Shown piece by piece: positions 13,902-28,380 of a DNA stretch of 64,000 bases (position 1 is the stretch's first letter; the number at the start of each line of letters is the position of its first letter). Where the stretch lies: NCBI RefSeq assembly GCF_009914755.1, contig NC_060948.1. One strand, given 5' to 3'. A program made the translations under genes and the position numbers. The stretch is from the human T2T-CHM13v2.0 reference genome, Homo sapiens. The notes beneath the pieces are model-generated. The model was not told the DNA's origin. It was given only the letters and a program-made list of their open reading frames with translations, and did not search any database.

Positions 13902-14098
13902 TGTTACACAAAAGGGGTCCGATTCCAGACCCCAAGAGAGGGTTCTTGGATCTTGCACAAGAAAGAATTTGAGACCAGTCCATAGAGCAAAGTAAAAACA
14001 AGTTTATTAAGAAAGTAAGGAAATAAAAGAATGGCTACTCCATAGGCAGAAAACCCCAAGGGCTACTGGTTGATCATTTTTATAGTTATTTCTTGATT
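13902..14098 (-). mobile_element. MER41 5' LTR, truncated (U5/R end only)
   Basis: tgttacacaaaaggggtccgattccagaccccaagagagggttcttggatc... aligns to 8784-8915; homology lost at ~14098. Confidence 0.85.
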
Positions 14099-14142
14099 TT
14101 GGAGTCTGTCATTAATTTTGGGGAAATCTTGGTTATTGTTAC

Positions 14143-14765
14143 TGAGAGGTGAAGTCAGATGAGCTTCTGGGTCGGATGGGGACTTGGAGAACTTTTGTGT
14201 CTAGCTAAAGGATTGTAAATGCACCAATCAGCACTCTGTAAAATGGGCCAATCAGCACTCTGTAAAACGGACCAACCAGTAGGGCATGGGCAGGGCCAAA
14301 TAAGGGAATAAAAGCTGGCCTCCCAAGCCAGCAGTGGCAACCGGCTCGGGTCCCCTTCCACACTGTGTAAGCTTTGTTCTTTTGCTCTTCACCATAAATC
14401 TTGCTGCTTCTCACTCTTTGGGTCCGCACTACCTTGAAGAGCTGTACCACTCACTGCGAAGGTCTGCGGCTTCACTCCTGAAGTCAGTGAGACAAGGAAC
14501 CCACCAAGAGGAACACACAACTCCGGACGCGCCACCTTTAAGAGCCGTAACACTCACTGCGAAGGTCTGCGGCTTCACTCCTGAAGTCAAGCAAGACCAT
14601 GAACCAACCGGAAGGAAGAAACTCTGGACACATCTGAACATCTGAAGGAACCAACTCTGGACACACCTTCTTTAAAAACTGTAACACTCACTGCAAGGGT
14701 CTGTGGTTTCATTCTTGAAGTCAGTGAGACCAAGAACCCACCGGAAGGAACCAATCCCGGACACA
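14143..14765 (+). mobile_element. LTR12 (ERV9) solo LTR, short LTR12F-like form
   Basis: TG...CA termini, ttac TSD (14139-14142/14766-14769), ccaatcagcactctgtaaaa repeats, cactcactgcgaaggtctgcggcttcactcctgaagtca U5 repeats. Confidence 0.92.
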
Positions 14766-14825
14766 TTACTTCAAATATATATATTTTTATTATCTGTTAT
14801 CTCTCTTCTTTACATCTGGGTTTTT

Positions 14826-15328
14826 GTATGCTCCTGGCCAACAGACAAAATAGACTCCCCATGGCTAACTGAGGACATTCAAGACAGCCATCACACCACC
14901 TCCGTTTCTATAATCAGGCCAAACCAGTTTCTGTTTTTACTGCCAAGATAAATTACAGCCAGAATTTTCTTCCTCCTCCTTGCTATTTGAAAGAAACATC
15001 TGAAAGAGGCTTCCGGTTTGGGGCTTGAAAACCACCCAATCAGGGATCGACTATTTTGGTCATTCATAACTGAACAAGTTTGAATCCTTTATTTGCATAA
15101 ATGAACCTGATAGAGAACAAGGCAAGAACTTTCCTTATTTAAGCCAGACCTCTCTTTCTTCTTCAGAGAGCACATTTTCATTTTTAATGATGGCTGTGCC
15201 TCCTCAATCTTCAGACTGTTTTTTTCTCCTATGTACAACTCCTTTGTTGTTTTTCTCGTTTCTTTTTTAATTTAGAAAGTAAAGTTCTCCTTTATTCCTC
15301 TGCAAATCTCATGATCTTCTTGTTAACA
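14826..15328 (+). mobile_element. ERV1 solo LTR (MER67-like)
   Basis: TG...ttaaCA termini, CCAAT and TATA-like motifs; homologous in opposite orientation to 51373-51892. Confidence 0.6.
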
Positions 15329-15329
15329 C

Positions 15330-16810
15330 AACATTTCTGTAATGTATTGTCATGATCCCCCAACAAACACAAACACACACGCGCGCGCACACACACACAC
15401 TTTTTTCTGTGTTTTGATTTGGGTAATTTTACTTGATCTATCTTCAAGTTCATGAGTGCTTTCCTCATTTATATTCAAGTTATCAATGAGCTTGTTGAAA
15501 GCACTCTGATATTTCATGTCATCTACTTTTATCATTAGAGACAAACATTTCATTATTACTTTAAATATGTTCTGTGAAATAATGCCAGCATCTTTGTCAT
15601 ACCTGAGTCTTGTTTTAATAATTGTCATACTACTTGAAAGGGTGTTTTTCTTCCTTTTTAATATTTCTTATAATTTTTGTGAAAGCCAGGCATGTTAGAA
15701 AGGGCAGTAAATAATGAGCTAAATATTTTTTATACTTAATGATGAACACACATTTTCTTCAGCTAGACCTTTGTTGTTGAAGTTTGTGTTAGTATAGTCA
15801 GGAGTGAGCTGGTGTTGTTAAGGTTATGCCAGCTGCATCTTTGGCTGTATATTCCTCCAGTGATATGTTGTGTTTAAAAGGTTGAGTAGTTTTACCAGAA
15901 GTTATTTTGGCAATGTCTGCTTCTATTTGGGTTTTGGTTCTGTGTCTTTTCTTTTGTTGTTGTTGTTGTACCCCAGAGAAAACCTGTCTCTTGTAGCTCT
16001 TCAAGTTGTATTTTACTCTTATTTTCACTCAACACTTGTTAACTTGGTAGTGGGTGGTGACATAATGAGGCATTATCTGATGTTCTGATTAAGCCTTGGT
16101 TTTAGGCATGCACTCTGTCACTGGATCTTGCGGACATGGCCTTCAAAATTGCTGCTGTCTACTCTCTATTTCTAGTCCTGGGCCCAGTATATAGTCTTGC
16201 CCCTCCACCAGGGGTGTAGCTAATTCTTCTCTTCTGTTTCTTCACCATTGAGTCAAGGTGACAGTTTTGTTGTTTGTCCAATATAGATTAAGGTAGTTAT
16301 CCTCCCCAATATAGATTAAGGAACATAGGGGATGTGGGTTGTGCAGAATTTTGCCAGTGGCTGTTCTGTCCCTCTTCTAACCCATAGCCAAGAGGTGAAA
16401 CTTTTTAGTATCGTGACAATCTTTTCTGTGAGCATCTGGTGGAATTTTTGGAAGAAAAGCCTAAAAGAGGGTGTGCAGCCTCCTATATTTGGAAACTTCA
16501 GGGGCTTCACACTTTCAAGCCCTTAGCCTTTAGCAATTAGTCCACATTCACCCTTTAGCAATTCATTAATTTTTTAGCTTGATTTTATTACTGGTGTATA
16601 CGATACCTGGTAGTATCACCAGTAAGCAAATACTCAGGTTTTGTTTCTCCCTGAAAGCTCATGTTATTTTACAAGATTTCTTATTAGTTAATTGCCCTGT
16701 GACTGCAATTCTCCTATGGGTTTAATAAAGGAATTAATTTGCAGTTCATCTAAGTTTTCCTAGGTACCGACATTCTTCCCAGATCTGTATATCTTTGAGC
16801 TTAAATCGGA
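15330..16810 (-). mobile_element. Ancient L1M ORF1/5' UTR fragments
   Basis: ORF 15350..15628 (AFNKLIDNLNINEESTHELEDRSSKITQ) resembles the L1 ORF1p coiled coil. Confidence 0.55.
15361..15400. repeat. (CA)n/(CG)n alternating purine-pyrimidine microsatellite
   Basis: caaacacacacgcgcgcgcacacacacacac. Confidence 0.85.
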
Positions 16811-16929
16811 AGTCTCAAATCATGTACTTTTGATGATGCTAGCATATTTTTATTCTTCTTAAACAATCTCAAAAGTTGGAGTTACCATGTAAATAAATTT
16901 CTTACTAAAAATTTGAGTCTAAGTTGGCA

Positions 16930-18500
16930 AAATGGTTCTCCAGTATCCCAGATGCTTTAATGTTTGTTTCCTACAAGAAGAGGGAGGATTCTCTGTATTA
17001 CCATAACATAAACATCAAAGTTAGGAAATTACTAGTAATAGTTTTTATTATGCTCTTTTCCAATTAAAATTTCTCAACTTATTCAAATAGTGTCCTTTAT
17101 ATCAAAAGAATACAGTTCATAATCACACATTACCTTTAGTCTTCATGTCTTTTGGTCTTCATTCTAAAATAGTTCTCTAGCCTTTCTTTGAATTTCATGA
17201 CTTCAACACTTTTGAAGATTAAAAACAAGTCATCTTGGAGAATTCCTTCAATTTGAAACTGTTTGGTTATTTCTTCTGGTTAGTTATTTAGTTTCAGGTT
17301 ATGAGTCTTTGATATGATATCACAGAGTGAGGCTATATTCTTCCCATTGCATTCTGTCAGCTGGTGTGTGATTTAGATTTTTCCCATTATTGATGGTAAC
17401 TGATCAGTTGATTAAAGGGCTGTCTGCCAGTATTCACCAATGTAAAATTAATCTTTTCAGCTTTGCAATTAATAATAAATGTTTTATGAGGGAATACTTT
17501 GCAAACTACATAAATATCCTATTTCTCATCAAAATTCCCATTTATTAATTTATTTAGTTTTATCTCTGAGGACTCATGGTTCTCAATTTGATGCAATGGG
17601 TTATAATTTATCATTGCCATTATTTATTTTGATGCTCAAATTTTCCCCAGTTTGGCCAATGAAGGTCCACTTTCTATGTCATTTTAATATGTCCCAATAT
17701 TCTTTGAGCTCTCCTTTGCTTCCTGGCACGAGAAATTTTAGATGCATCTTGTATTTTTCCTCTTTATCCCCAAAATGAGCAATTTCTCCCACAGAACCCT
17801 GGTCCCATTGGTGGAGAATAGTATTTAAAAGCATAGATTTAGGTAGTCAGTATACTCACTGTTATGGGAGCATCATCCATCTACACATATGCGCACCCAA
17901 ATATATATCAATTAATTTTTATTAACCTTTATATGTTAAAACCAATGAGTTTATACTAATATCTCTAATTCCACACTAATGGTGCTTGTTGCATCGTAGT
18001 TTTTTTTTTCTATATTTTTAATTGTCTTCTCTGACAATGGAAACTCAGTCTCCCATTATTCTTAATATATTTACTTGCTATGTGCTATACAAAGCAGTAG
18101 GAGGCACTATCTTTTCATTCAATAAATTAAAATATAGTTGTGACAATAAGACATATGAAAAGTCTCCCATTCTCTGTCCACTTTTATTCTCTGCAACCCA
18201 CATGGATGCCCTTCTCACTATACTTGGGCTCTGACTCCCCATGGTAGCTCACACGTCTGTGCAGAATCTTTGTCAACCTATTTAGGCTAATCTTCATGCC
18301 CTACTGTCCCTTTCTGAGCATGGTCACTCTACTCACTACTGTCAGGCTCTGACACTTCAAGCAAGGCTCCCTGTGTGCAGGAACTCCCTCCTCATGTTGC
18401 TGGGGCTCTCAGATCCCACCTATGTCCCTGAAGCACTTATCCCTGGTGCAGTCTCCTACCTTTCTCTGCTATGCATACTGACTAGGACCGAAATGGTCAG
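16930..18500 (-). mobile_element. L1MC4/5-like 3' UTR
   Basis: gatgctcaaattttccccagtttggccaatg and repeated ctca...ggctctgac units typical of L1MC 3' ends. Confidence 0.55.
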
Positions 18501-18845
18501 GAAATGAAGGGAAAATTGAAGGTCTTACTTATATATGTAAATGTATTGTTAACTCTTGTGTTCAACTTTTCATGTCTTTTTTGTCACAATTATATTGAAA
18601 TTCTTTAATTGAAAATAATGTGTCTCATACTTCTTTGTGTAATAAATAATTATGCATAGCAGGGCTCAGTTAACATGTATTGGTTTTGTTTTTTTTAGTT
18701 TATGCTGCTCTTATTCGTTCATTATTTTTCTCATTTATTAAATAAATTATATGCTATAGGTGTGTATATTATGTGTGTGTGTGTATGAGTTTATGAACTA
18801 ATGAAATATAAGAAAACGAAAAAGGTTGTTATAAAAAATGATGGC

Positions 18846-19161
<316 letters not shown>

Positions 19162-20270
19162 TCATTTGGGTAGTCATTTACTTTAATGACCTGTTTATAA
19201 TAGACTACTAAAAACAAAATTCGTAGCTTCTACATGAGTATTTTAAATGTACTTAAAGTAACTCTATGTAATATGAAATATTTTAGGAATAAAAAATAAA
19301 TTTGAAGTCCTCAGGGACTTTTGATTTCAGCTCCAACATGTAAAATTTAGAGTCTTCACTTCAGTCTTTACAGGAGAAAGTTTAATCAGCTGGAATTCAA
19401 TAACTTTGCTTGGCCCTATCACAGAACTAAGGTCCCAGGACAAACTGCCAACTTGAAATCTAGGGAGTTAGATGGCCCCTAAGAGACAAACTGTGTCTGG
19501 GTAATTGGGAGGAAAGCTGCTGGAGCCATAAACTCTTAGGGGCAGTTATATGGTAATTTTACTGAATTGTTGAAAACTAAGTATAGATTAGAATAAAAAT
19601 TAGAATCTTTTGAGGGGCCACATTTTTAGGGCCCCCTGAACTTTCACAGGCCTTACCTACAAGAACTAGAACAGGTTAACAAGGAGAAGATATGAGAAAT
19701 ATCCCCTAATGGCTTTGGCATGAGGAGAGAAAAATAATCATCTTGGAATAAACCCAAAGCCTTCTTCTCCATGACAAAGGCATACTCTCCAGAGAGAAAT
19801 ACATTGCCAGAACCTTATACCAACTGGGGCAAGGGTTTTGATTCCACTTCAATCCTCTCCAGACTTACTAACTCACACCATAAAGGATGATATAATACTA
19901 AATAGCGCTTCTAGGAAATAAATTCAGAATACTGCAGCGAAAGAAGGGAGTAGGGGACAAGCAGGGAAAAAGGTTACACCACAGGAGAAACACTTGTGAA
20001 GCTACAGACCTGAGACACAGGCCCGCTTAAAGACTAAAGTTTACCCAGATGATTATAGAACAACATACTTCCTCATAACTTACCACCTACGGTACAATAA
20101 CAGTGGATTAAATTCTAAAGAGTTGAACAGCACAGGCTTTCTCTGAGCAAAAGACAACAGTGGAGATGACAACAAGGATAGTGGAGAAATTTGTAGCCTC
20201 TGACACCTACACAAACAGCAAACAATGAGCAAAGGCCAATTTCTAAAGTTGTACTTACCTCAGTTCTTAT

Positions 20271-20606
20271 TGAGACAGCCAGGTAGGAAAGGATCCCCAG
20301 AAAAACTCCAGCCGGACTGCACACTGGGAGCAGTGCGCTGGGGTGGAGCCACAGAATTTCGCGCTGTTTGCAGCGGGGAGGAGCCTGGTCCCTCCTCTTC
20401 CTAGGTGGAACCTGGAGTTCAATCTGCCAGGCAGGAAGCACTCTAGGAGGGACTCTGGCCTTGTGGAGAGTCCCTGTTTCCTTCTTTTTCTTTCACCCAA
20501 TAAACCCTGCCCTCTTCACTCTTCAAATTGTCTGCCAGCCTAGTTTTTTGTGGTCTTGTGATAAGGACCCAGTCTTGAGCTCAACTAAGGAAAAAGTCGC
20601 ACAACA
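20271..20606 (+). mobile_element. MER61-like ERV1 solo LTR
   Basis: TGAGACAGCCAGG...acaaCA termini, ttat TSD, gtttgcagcggggaggagcctgg motif, aataaa. Confidence 0.75.
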
Positions 20607-22186
20607 TTATTATCTGGTACAGTGTCTGCCTTTCAAGAAAAATAAAAATAAAACACGCAAAAAGGCAAGTGAAACACAGTGTTAAGAATCAAAGGAAGAA
20701 TCAGAACCAGACTCAGATACAACATAGATATTGGAGTTGTAAGATAGACAATATAAAATAACTGTGACTAAAATGTTAAGGATACTAAAGGGAAAAAAAG
20801 GTAACACAAAAGAACAGTGATGGAAGCACTAAAAAAAAAAAAATTAAAAGAAAATACCAGAAATAAAAACTACTCTAAAAATCAAAACGAAGGCCCTTGA
20901 CAGGCTTATCAGTATATGGACAAAGAAAGAATAAGCAAGCTTAGTGATAAGGCAATAAAAGCTTTCCATACTAGAATGCAAAGATTACAAAAAACTGATG
21001 AAACAGAAAAGGAAGAAAATTGTGGAACAGCTTCAAAAGGTGTGACATATTCTTAATTGTAATAACAAAAGGGAAAAAAGGACAACAGAATACTTGAAGT
21101 GATAATGCTTGGAAACATTCAAAATTAATAACAGATAGCAAATCACAGTTTCAAGAAACACAGGAAACACCAAGTTGAAGAATTTAACAGGAAGCTCCTA
21201 AACATATATGTTTGAACTGTAGAAAAGTAAAAAGAGAGAAAATCTTGAAAGAAATAAATACCAGAATAAAAACTGGTACCTTACCATGGAAAAAAGAATT
21301 AAAAACTACAGTCGTTTCTCATCAAAAACTGTGTAAGCAACAAAAGAGTGTAATAAAATATTTAAAGTATTTTTTTAAAAAAACCCACAAACCTAAAAAT
21401 CTATATTCAGTAAAATTTACTAAAATTTACTCTAGGTATGCAAATCTGTTTCAGCATTCTAATAATAATGTAGTCTACCATAAGAACAGAATGAGAAAAA
21501 TAATCACATCATATGATTTTATCACTAAACCCAAAGAAAAACCCTCCCAGCAAACAAAAAATAGGAATACTTGTTAAAGAACACTTATAAAACACTGTTC
21601 GTCACACAAATAACTATCATTATACTTAAAGATGAGAAACTGTATGCTTTCCCACCATCAAGAATAAGTCAAGAATGTCCTCTCTTGTCACTTATTCCAC
21701 ATTGTACTATTGGAATGTCTTAGCTTGTACAACAAGACAAGTGTAGAAAATATATATAGACTGGGAAGAAGTAAAATGACGGTATTTACTCACAGATGAC
21801 ATGTTCTCTATGTGGAAAATCCCAAAGAATTAACAAAGTCCAAAAGAGTTGACAAAATAACTACTGGAACTAATGCATAAATATAGCAAGGTTGCAGAAT
21901 AAAAGGAAAATAAATAAAAATAAATTGATGTCTTATATATCAGCAATGAGTTATAGAAATAAGAACTGTAATAAAAAATACACCACTATTATAGCACCCA
22001 AAAACAGAATACTTAGATATAAATTTATTAAAACATATACAGGATCTATGTGGGGAAACTTCAAAAATCTTATGCAAGAAATCAAACCTCTAAATAAATG
22101 GAGAAAAATAAATAAATCAAGAAATAAATGAATGGAGTGTTACTCTGTGTCTATGAATTAGAAGACTCAATATTAATATGTCCATT

Positions 22187-22918
22187 TGTTGTCAGTGGCC
22201 TGATTCAATTTCTTGACTTCACTGGGAGTCCAAAGTCAGAGTAAAGAAGTTTATTGCAAAGCAAAAGTTTATTGCAAAGTCAAAATAAAGAAGTTTATTT
22301 CAAAGCAAAAGTGCTCACTGAGAGGCAGAGTGGGCTGCTCAAAAAGCAAGACAGCCCCTAGTGTCTTAAGGGAAATTCCCTTTATGCAACCTGTACATAC
22401 GTATTCATAAAATACTGATGAGGTCAACTATGTAAAGGCGGGCCTGTGGTTGGTAAATGTGCTTAGTATCTACATGCTATAAAATGCATCACATGTATCA
22501 TCAGTGTAGAAAATCTCCACCTAGGGAGCATGTTTTTTTTACTGTTAAAATAAGGGAAAGGTTACTAAATTAAACCTTGAGCCTAGCTGCACATATGGGA
22601 GTCCAGAGAAGCCCCTGTTGCCTCCTACTCAGGCAGGAATTTGTAGCTAATATCTCTTGGGCTTTTGGTGCTGATTGATGGGAGACTGGGGAAGTTGGAA
22701 GTTACATCGGGAATAAGGGACGTTTTTTCTTTTTCCCAGGCTGTACTAGGTATCAGGAACATGTAACTATCTGGCAGTCTGTTGGTATCCTGTAGGACTG
22801 CTTACCTTGCAAAAGAATTAGGTGCTGTTGCACAGGTGTGCAAGGGATGCAGCGCCCACTGGGCTTCATACAAAGGGACAAGCCAGTATAGGCTCCTAAT
22901 CTTACTTATCGTGCCTCA
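22187..22918 (-). mobile_element. ERV1 (MER4-group) solo LTR, subfamily unassigned
   Basis: TG...CA termini, catt/aatt near-TSD, tttatt poly-A signal on minus strand; interrupts collinear L1 ORF2. Confidence 0.7.
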
Positions 22919-24139
22919 AATTCTTCTTAATTTAATCTACATATTCAATGCACTCCATATTAGAACTCAGAAAATTGTTTGTATATATTGAAACACTAAA
23001 GTTTGTATGAAAAGCAAAAGACAGAATAGACAACAAAATACTAAAGAAGTAGTTTGAGGACACACCCTACATGATGACAAGACTTGCTGTAAAGTTACAG
23101 TAATTAAGACAACATAGTATTAGCAAATAATAGAAACATAGATCCAGGTAACAATATAGAAATTCCATAAATCAACCATGCTAATATATTCAACTGACCT
23201 GTGGCAAGAGAGCAAAGTCAATTAAATGGAGAAAGAATAGTATTTTCAACAAATGGTGCTGGAATATTTGGTCTAACATGTGCAAAAAAAATATGAATCT
23301 AAACACAAATTTTACATGTTTCTCTCCACACACACACAAAACTCAAAATGGATCATAGATCTAAATATGAAATACAAAACTATAGAACTCGGATATGATG
23401 ACAGCACAAAATCTAGGTGATTGGTTTTGACAGTGAATGTTTAGATACATCTTCAATGTGCATTGCTAATTGAAAGGAACTGGTCTGGAAGAGCTACATA
23501 TAATATAATTTCACTTTTTTCACATCCTGGAAAAATTAAAATTAGATAATAAAAAGATCAGTGTTTGCCAGGGTTTTAGGGGGGAGGAGGGAGGGATGAA
23601 TAAATCTATTATGGTAGATTTTTAGGGCATTAAAACTGTCTTTATGAAACTATAATAGTAGATACATATCACTGTATATGAGAATTTGTTCAAATCCATA
23701 GTGTGTACAACACCAAGAGTGAACTCTAATGGGAATTACGGACTTTAGTTAATAACAACATATTAATGTTAACTCGTCAAATGTAATAAATGCACCACAC
23801 TAATGCAAGATACCAATAATAATGGGAACTGGAGAAAGGGGAGAAACCCCAGAGCAAGCTCTGTGTACCTTTTACTCAATTTTTCTGTAAGGCAAAAACA
23901 GCTAAAAAAAAATCTATTGATTTTTAAAATTGAACTATCAAGCCACAGAAAACATAGATGAATTTAAAATGCATATTGTGAAGTGAAAGAAGCCAGTCAG
24001 AAAAGGCTTCATATCATATGATTGTAATGATACCATACTCCAGCAAAGGCAAATCTATAGCAATGTTGAAAAGATCCGTGATTGACAAGGATTCAGGGGC
24101 AGAAGAAGAGTTTAATCGGTCTAGTAATACTAATTATCC

Positions 24140-25240
<1,101 letters not shown>

Positions 25241-25294
25241 GTAAGTTTAAAAATATGTTTTAAAAAGTATTTGCCATGTTTAAAAAATGTTTAG

Positions 25295-25650
25295 AAAGAA
25301 AGGCCACATTCTTGTCTTTTTCCTTATCTTAGAGGAAAAGGCTTCAACTTTTCACATTGAGTATGATGTTAGCTGTTGGATTGTCATACATGGATTTTCT
25401 TGTTGGTGAACTTTTCTTCTATACCTAATTTGTAATTGATAATAATAATATATTGTTTATATCAAAACAGCTAAAAAAGGGATTTTAAATGCTCTCACCA
25501 CAAAGAAATGATAGTATTTGGGTGGGATAAATATGTTAATTGACCATATTTGATTATTCCACAATGTACATGTAACAAAACACCACATTGTACCCCATAA
25601 ATATATAAAATTATTATTTGCAATTAGAAATAAAATATAACTTAAAAAAG
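25295..25650. mobile_element. L1MA 3' end (+, 25435-25650) abutting an antisense L1 ORF2 piece (-, 25295-25434)
   Basis: cttagaggaaaaggcttcaacttttcac...gtatgatgttagctgt (antisense ORF2) then ctcaccacaaagaaatgata...cattgtaccccataaatatata (sense 3' UTR). Confidence 0.7.
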
Positions 25651-25944
25651 AAAATCCATAACTCCTTTCTATAATTTATGAATGTATGTCAAAAGTCTTA
25701 AATTTGGTTTTAAATATCTTGCTGTAACTGATCTTTACTGTCTATTTACAGGTCACTAGACATCCTGCTCCAGGTGTAATTATGCTATTAACACAAACAA
25801 CAGCTGGCTCACATGTACTAAGCTCACATGTACTAAGCTCACTTGTACTAGCAGCTCATTGAGCCCACATGTACTAAGCAGCGTGATAAGTACTTGTATA
25901 TGCAGTATGTCATATACAGGCAATAATTTTAAGAGGTACATATT

Positions 25945-26052
25945 ATGCCTACAAGAATAGGGACCATGACTGTTTTGTTCAACACTGTACACCAGTACCT
26001 AGAGAAGTGATTTGTATATGGTAGACATTCAATAAATCGTTATTGAATGAAG
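25945..26052 (+). mobile_element. L2 3' end
   Basis: ccagtacctagagaagtg...tagacattcaataaatcgttattgaatgaa. Confidence 0.65.
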
Positions 26053-26101
26053 GAACTTCATTTCATGGAAAGAAGATTTCAAAAGTTTCAGTATCTTACA
26101 T

Positions 26102-26425
26102 CAGGGATCCCTGACCCCGGGGCCACAGACTGGTACTGCTCTGTGGCCTGTTAGGAGCTGGCCTGCACAGCAGGAGGTAAGCAGCAGGCTAGCAAGAATT
26201 ACTGCCTGTCATGTTAGTAGTGGCATTGTATTCTCATAGGAGTGTGAACCCTATTGTGAACTGCACCTGTGGGGGATCTAAGTTGTGTGCTCCTTATGCG
26301 AATCTAATGTCTGATGATCTGATCTGATCTGAGGTGGAACGGTTTCATCCCACCCCACACCCATCCACGGAAAGATTGTCTTCCACAAAACTGTTCCCTG
26401 GTACTGAAAAAGCTGGGGACTACTG
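26102..26425 (+). mobile_element. MER1B-like hAT-Charlie DNA transposon
   Basis: CAG...CTG ends with TIR-like cagggatccc / ggggactactg; 8-bp near-TSD tcttacat/tcttacag. Confidence 0.85.
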
Positions 26426-26755
26426 TCTTACAGAATGTCACACAGCACATGATATCAGAAAATTAGTCCCAGATCTGTGTATAAAGCATATAGTTAAAAT
26501 CACTGTATGATCACTACCTCGTGAATTTTCTGTGCATGTTGTGCTTTCACTTATATTGCTTGATTACATATTCACTGAAAATTCTCTCTTATCACCATCA
26601 ATGAAATCATTACATTTACTTCATGACTCACTAAAAGATGTAGGCTCTCTAAACATGTTCACAGATTCTTCCCATTTCATGTTAATCTTTTTCTTCTTTT
26701 CCATCTCCTTCATGCATGTATCCATCAGAACCAGGCTGATAATTAATCAAATAAA

Positions 26756-26900
26756 CAGGTAGTTTTCAACCCCGGTTGTGTACCAGAAATACTTGTGGAG
26801 AATTTTAAAGTACAGATATCGCATGCTCAACTGTAGATTTTCCTAATCAGAATATCCTGCTTTAGAGTCTCAGTCTGAAAGTTTTGCAAGTTCTCTAGGT
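26756..26900. mobile_element. MER5-like hAT element
   Basis: caggtagttttcaacc...cagaaatacttgtggag...aatcagaatatcctg. Confidence 0.5.
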
Positions 26901-27290
26901 GTACTGGGTGCTGACATCTATTTGGCAGATCTAGGAATTCATTCCCTAAACTGTCAGGAATGTTGATTGTCAATGGCTCACAGCTTAGACACTCTCAGAA
27001 AATCACCCTCTTTGAAAGTAAACTACCTCTCACAAGATTGTACTTCTGTCCTGGAGGTAGCTTACTTCCAGTGATTATTGCATAGCTTACAAATACTCCA
27101 CCCTTTGCTTCACCTGGAAACTCTGAAAGATCATTTCAGCTCCAGAATTCCCTGTATACAAAACAGGGAGTTGTAGTGGTTGCATTGCTATTGAACTTCT
27201 GCCACTGCCAACCCTGCTTCCTTCACTATTACAGGTGTTAATCACAAGAACACTTTTCAATAAACCTGCATGCAAATCTTAAATATATAT
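26900..27290 (+). mobile_element. Old ERVL LTR (LTR16-like)
   Basis: acaggtgttaatcacaagaacactttcaataaac-like 3' motif followed by ctgcatgcaaatct. Confidence 0.45.
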
Positions 27291-28106
27291 TTTATATATG
27301 GATGTAGAGCTCTGGTTCTGAGACAAGATGGCCTAGACTTTCCATTTCCTTTTCTTTCCTGCTCAATAAAACCAAATGCCCTAGAAATAATTCAAAATGA
27401 AAGAAGAATTCTGAAGGGTGGAAAGAAAGGTGAAATGCCTAAGGACATCAGGACTTGAAGAACATAATCATGGTGAATTTTGTGCTTTTTTCTTTTTTTA
27501 TCTTCCATATATCCTGGATGGAACATAACAGAGATCTGAAACCCAGAACTGCCAAGAGGTTAGCTCTGGGGAATAAGTTCGGGGGAAGGGGGCGTGTAGT
27601 GGAGGGTAATGAGAATCTCAGCTGGGACTTAATGAGTAAACCCATACCTGATGGAGCAAGCTGCCTGAACTGCCTATTGCTGAGTCACCACCAGAGATCC
27701 AGGGGCCAACCCATCCCCTGCATCACACCAGTATGCAGCCGTGGGTGTGATGCAGGGGATGGGTCTACAGCCACAGTGGCAGCAGTAGAACTTTAGTGCA
27801 ATGAAAATTAGTAGTGATAAAGAGGAGCATTACACAATGATAAATAGATTAGCCAACAAAAAAGGCATGATGATCCGAAATGTGTAAGCACAAAACAAGA
27901 TAGCCTAAAATTAAATGAAATTAAAATGCATGGATCTGAATGGAGAAATAGACAAATCCACAAACATGTAATAGAATGTGGTTTCTTTGGAGGCTGATTG
28001 AAAAGTCTAAATTGACTGTGATGATGGTTGCATATATAATTGAATACACTAAAAACCATTAAATTATAAAATTTAAATGCATAAATTGTATGGCATGTAA
28101 ATTACA

Positions 28107-28380
28107 TCTTTTTATTTTTTTATTTTTAATTTTTGTGGGTACATAGTAGGTGTATATATTTATGGAGTACATGAGATATTTTGATAAAGACACCCCGTCA
28201 TGCAAAATGGGGTATCCATCCCCTCAAGCAGTTATCCTTTGTGTTACAAACACTCCAATTATATTTTTTTAGTTATTGTAAAATGTACAATTAAATTATT
28301 ATTGATGATAGTCACTGTTGTGGTATGAAATACTAAATACTATTCACATTTTCTAACTATTTTTGTATCCATTATCCATG
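28107..28380 (-). mobile_element. L1MA 3' end
   Basis: ttttgtgggtacatagtaggtgtatatatttatggagtacatgagat...ggggtatccatcccctcaagc. Confidence 0.8.

Larger units (their letters stand above)
19315..24120 (+). mobile_element. Old L1MC/L1MD element (5' UTR, ORF1, partial ORF2, 3' UTR), internally deleted and interrupted by two LTRs
   Basis: A-rich sense L1; ORF1-like 20700-21420; ORF2 motifs (ttttcaacaaatggtgctgg, ggaaaatcccaaaga); L1MC 3' motif tacaacaccaagagtgaactctaatg. Confidence 0.7.

Noticed and set aside
14440-14745. Repeat-spacer-like array resembling CRISPR
   Set aside because: These are the ordinary U5 tandem repeats of LTR12 in eukaryotic DNA; no cas genes or unique spacers
18190-18420. 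Degenerate ~55-bp periodic repeats
   Set aside because: Consistent with the internal repeats of L1MC4/5 3' UTRs
23450-24120. Apparent duplication of an L1 3' UTR segment
   Set aside because: Copies are highly diverged; likely intrinsic L1MC 3' structure or a second old fragment
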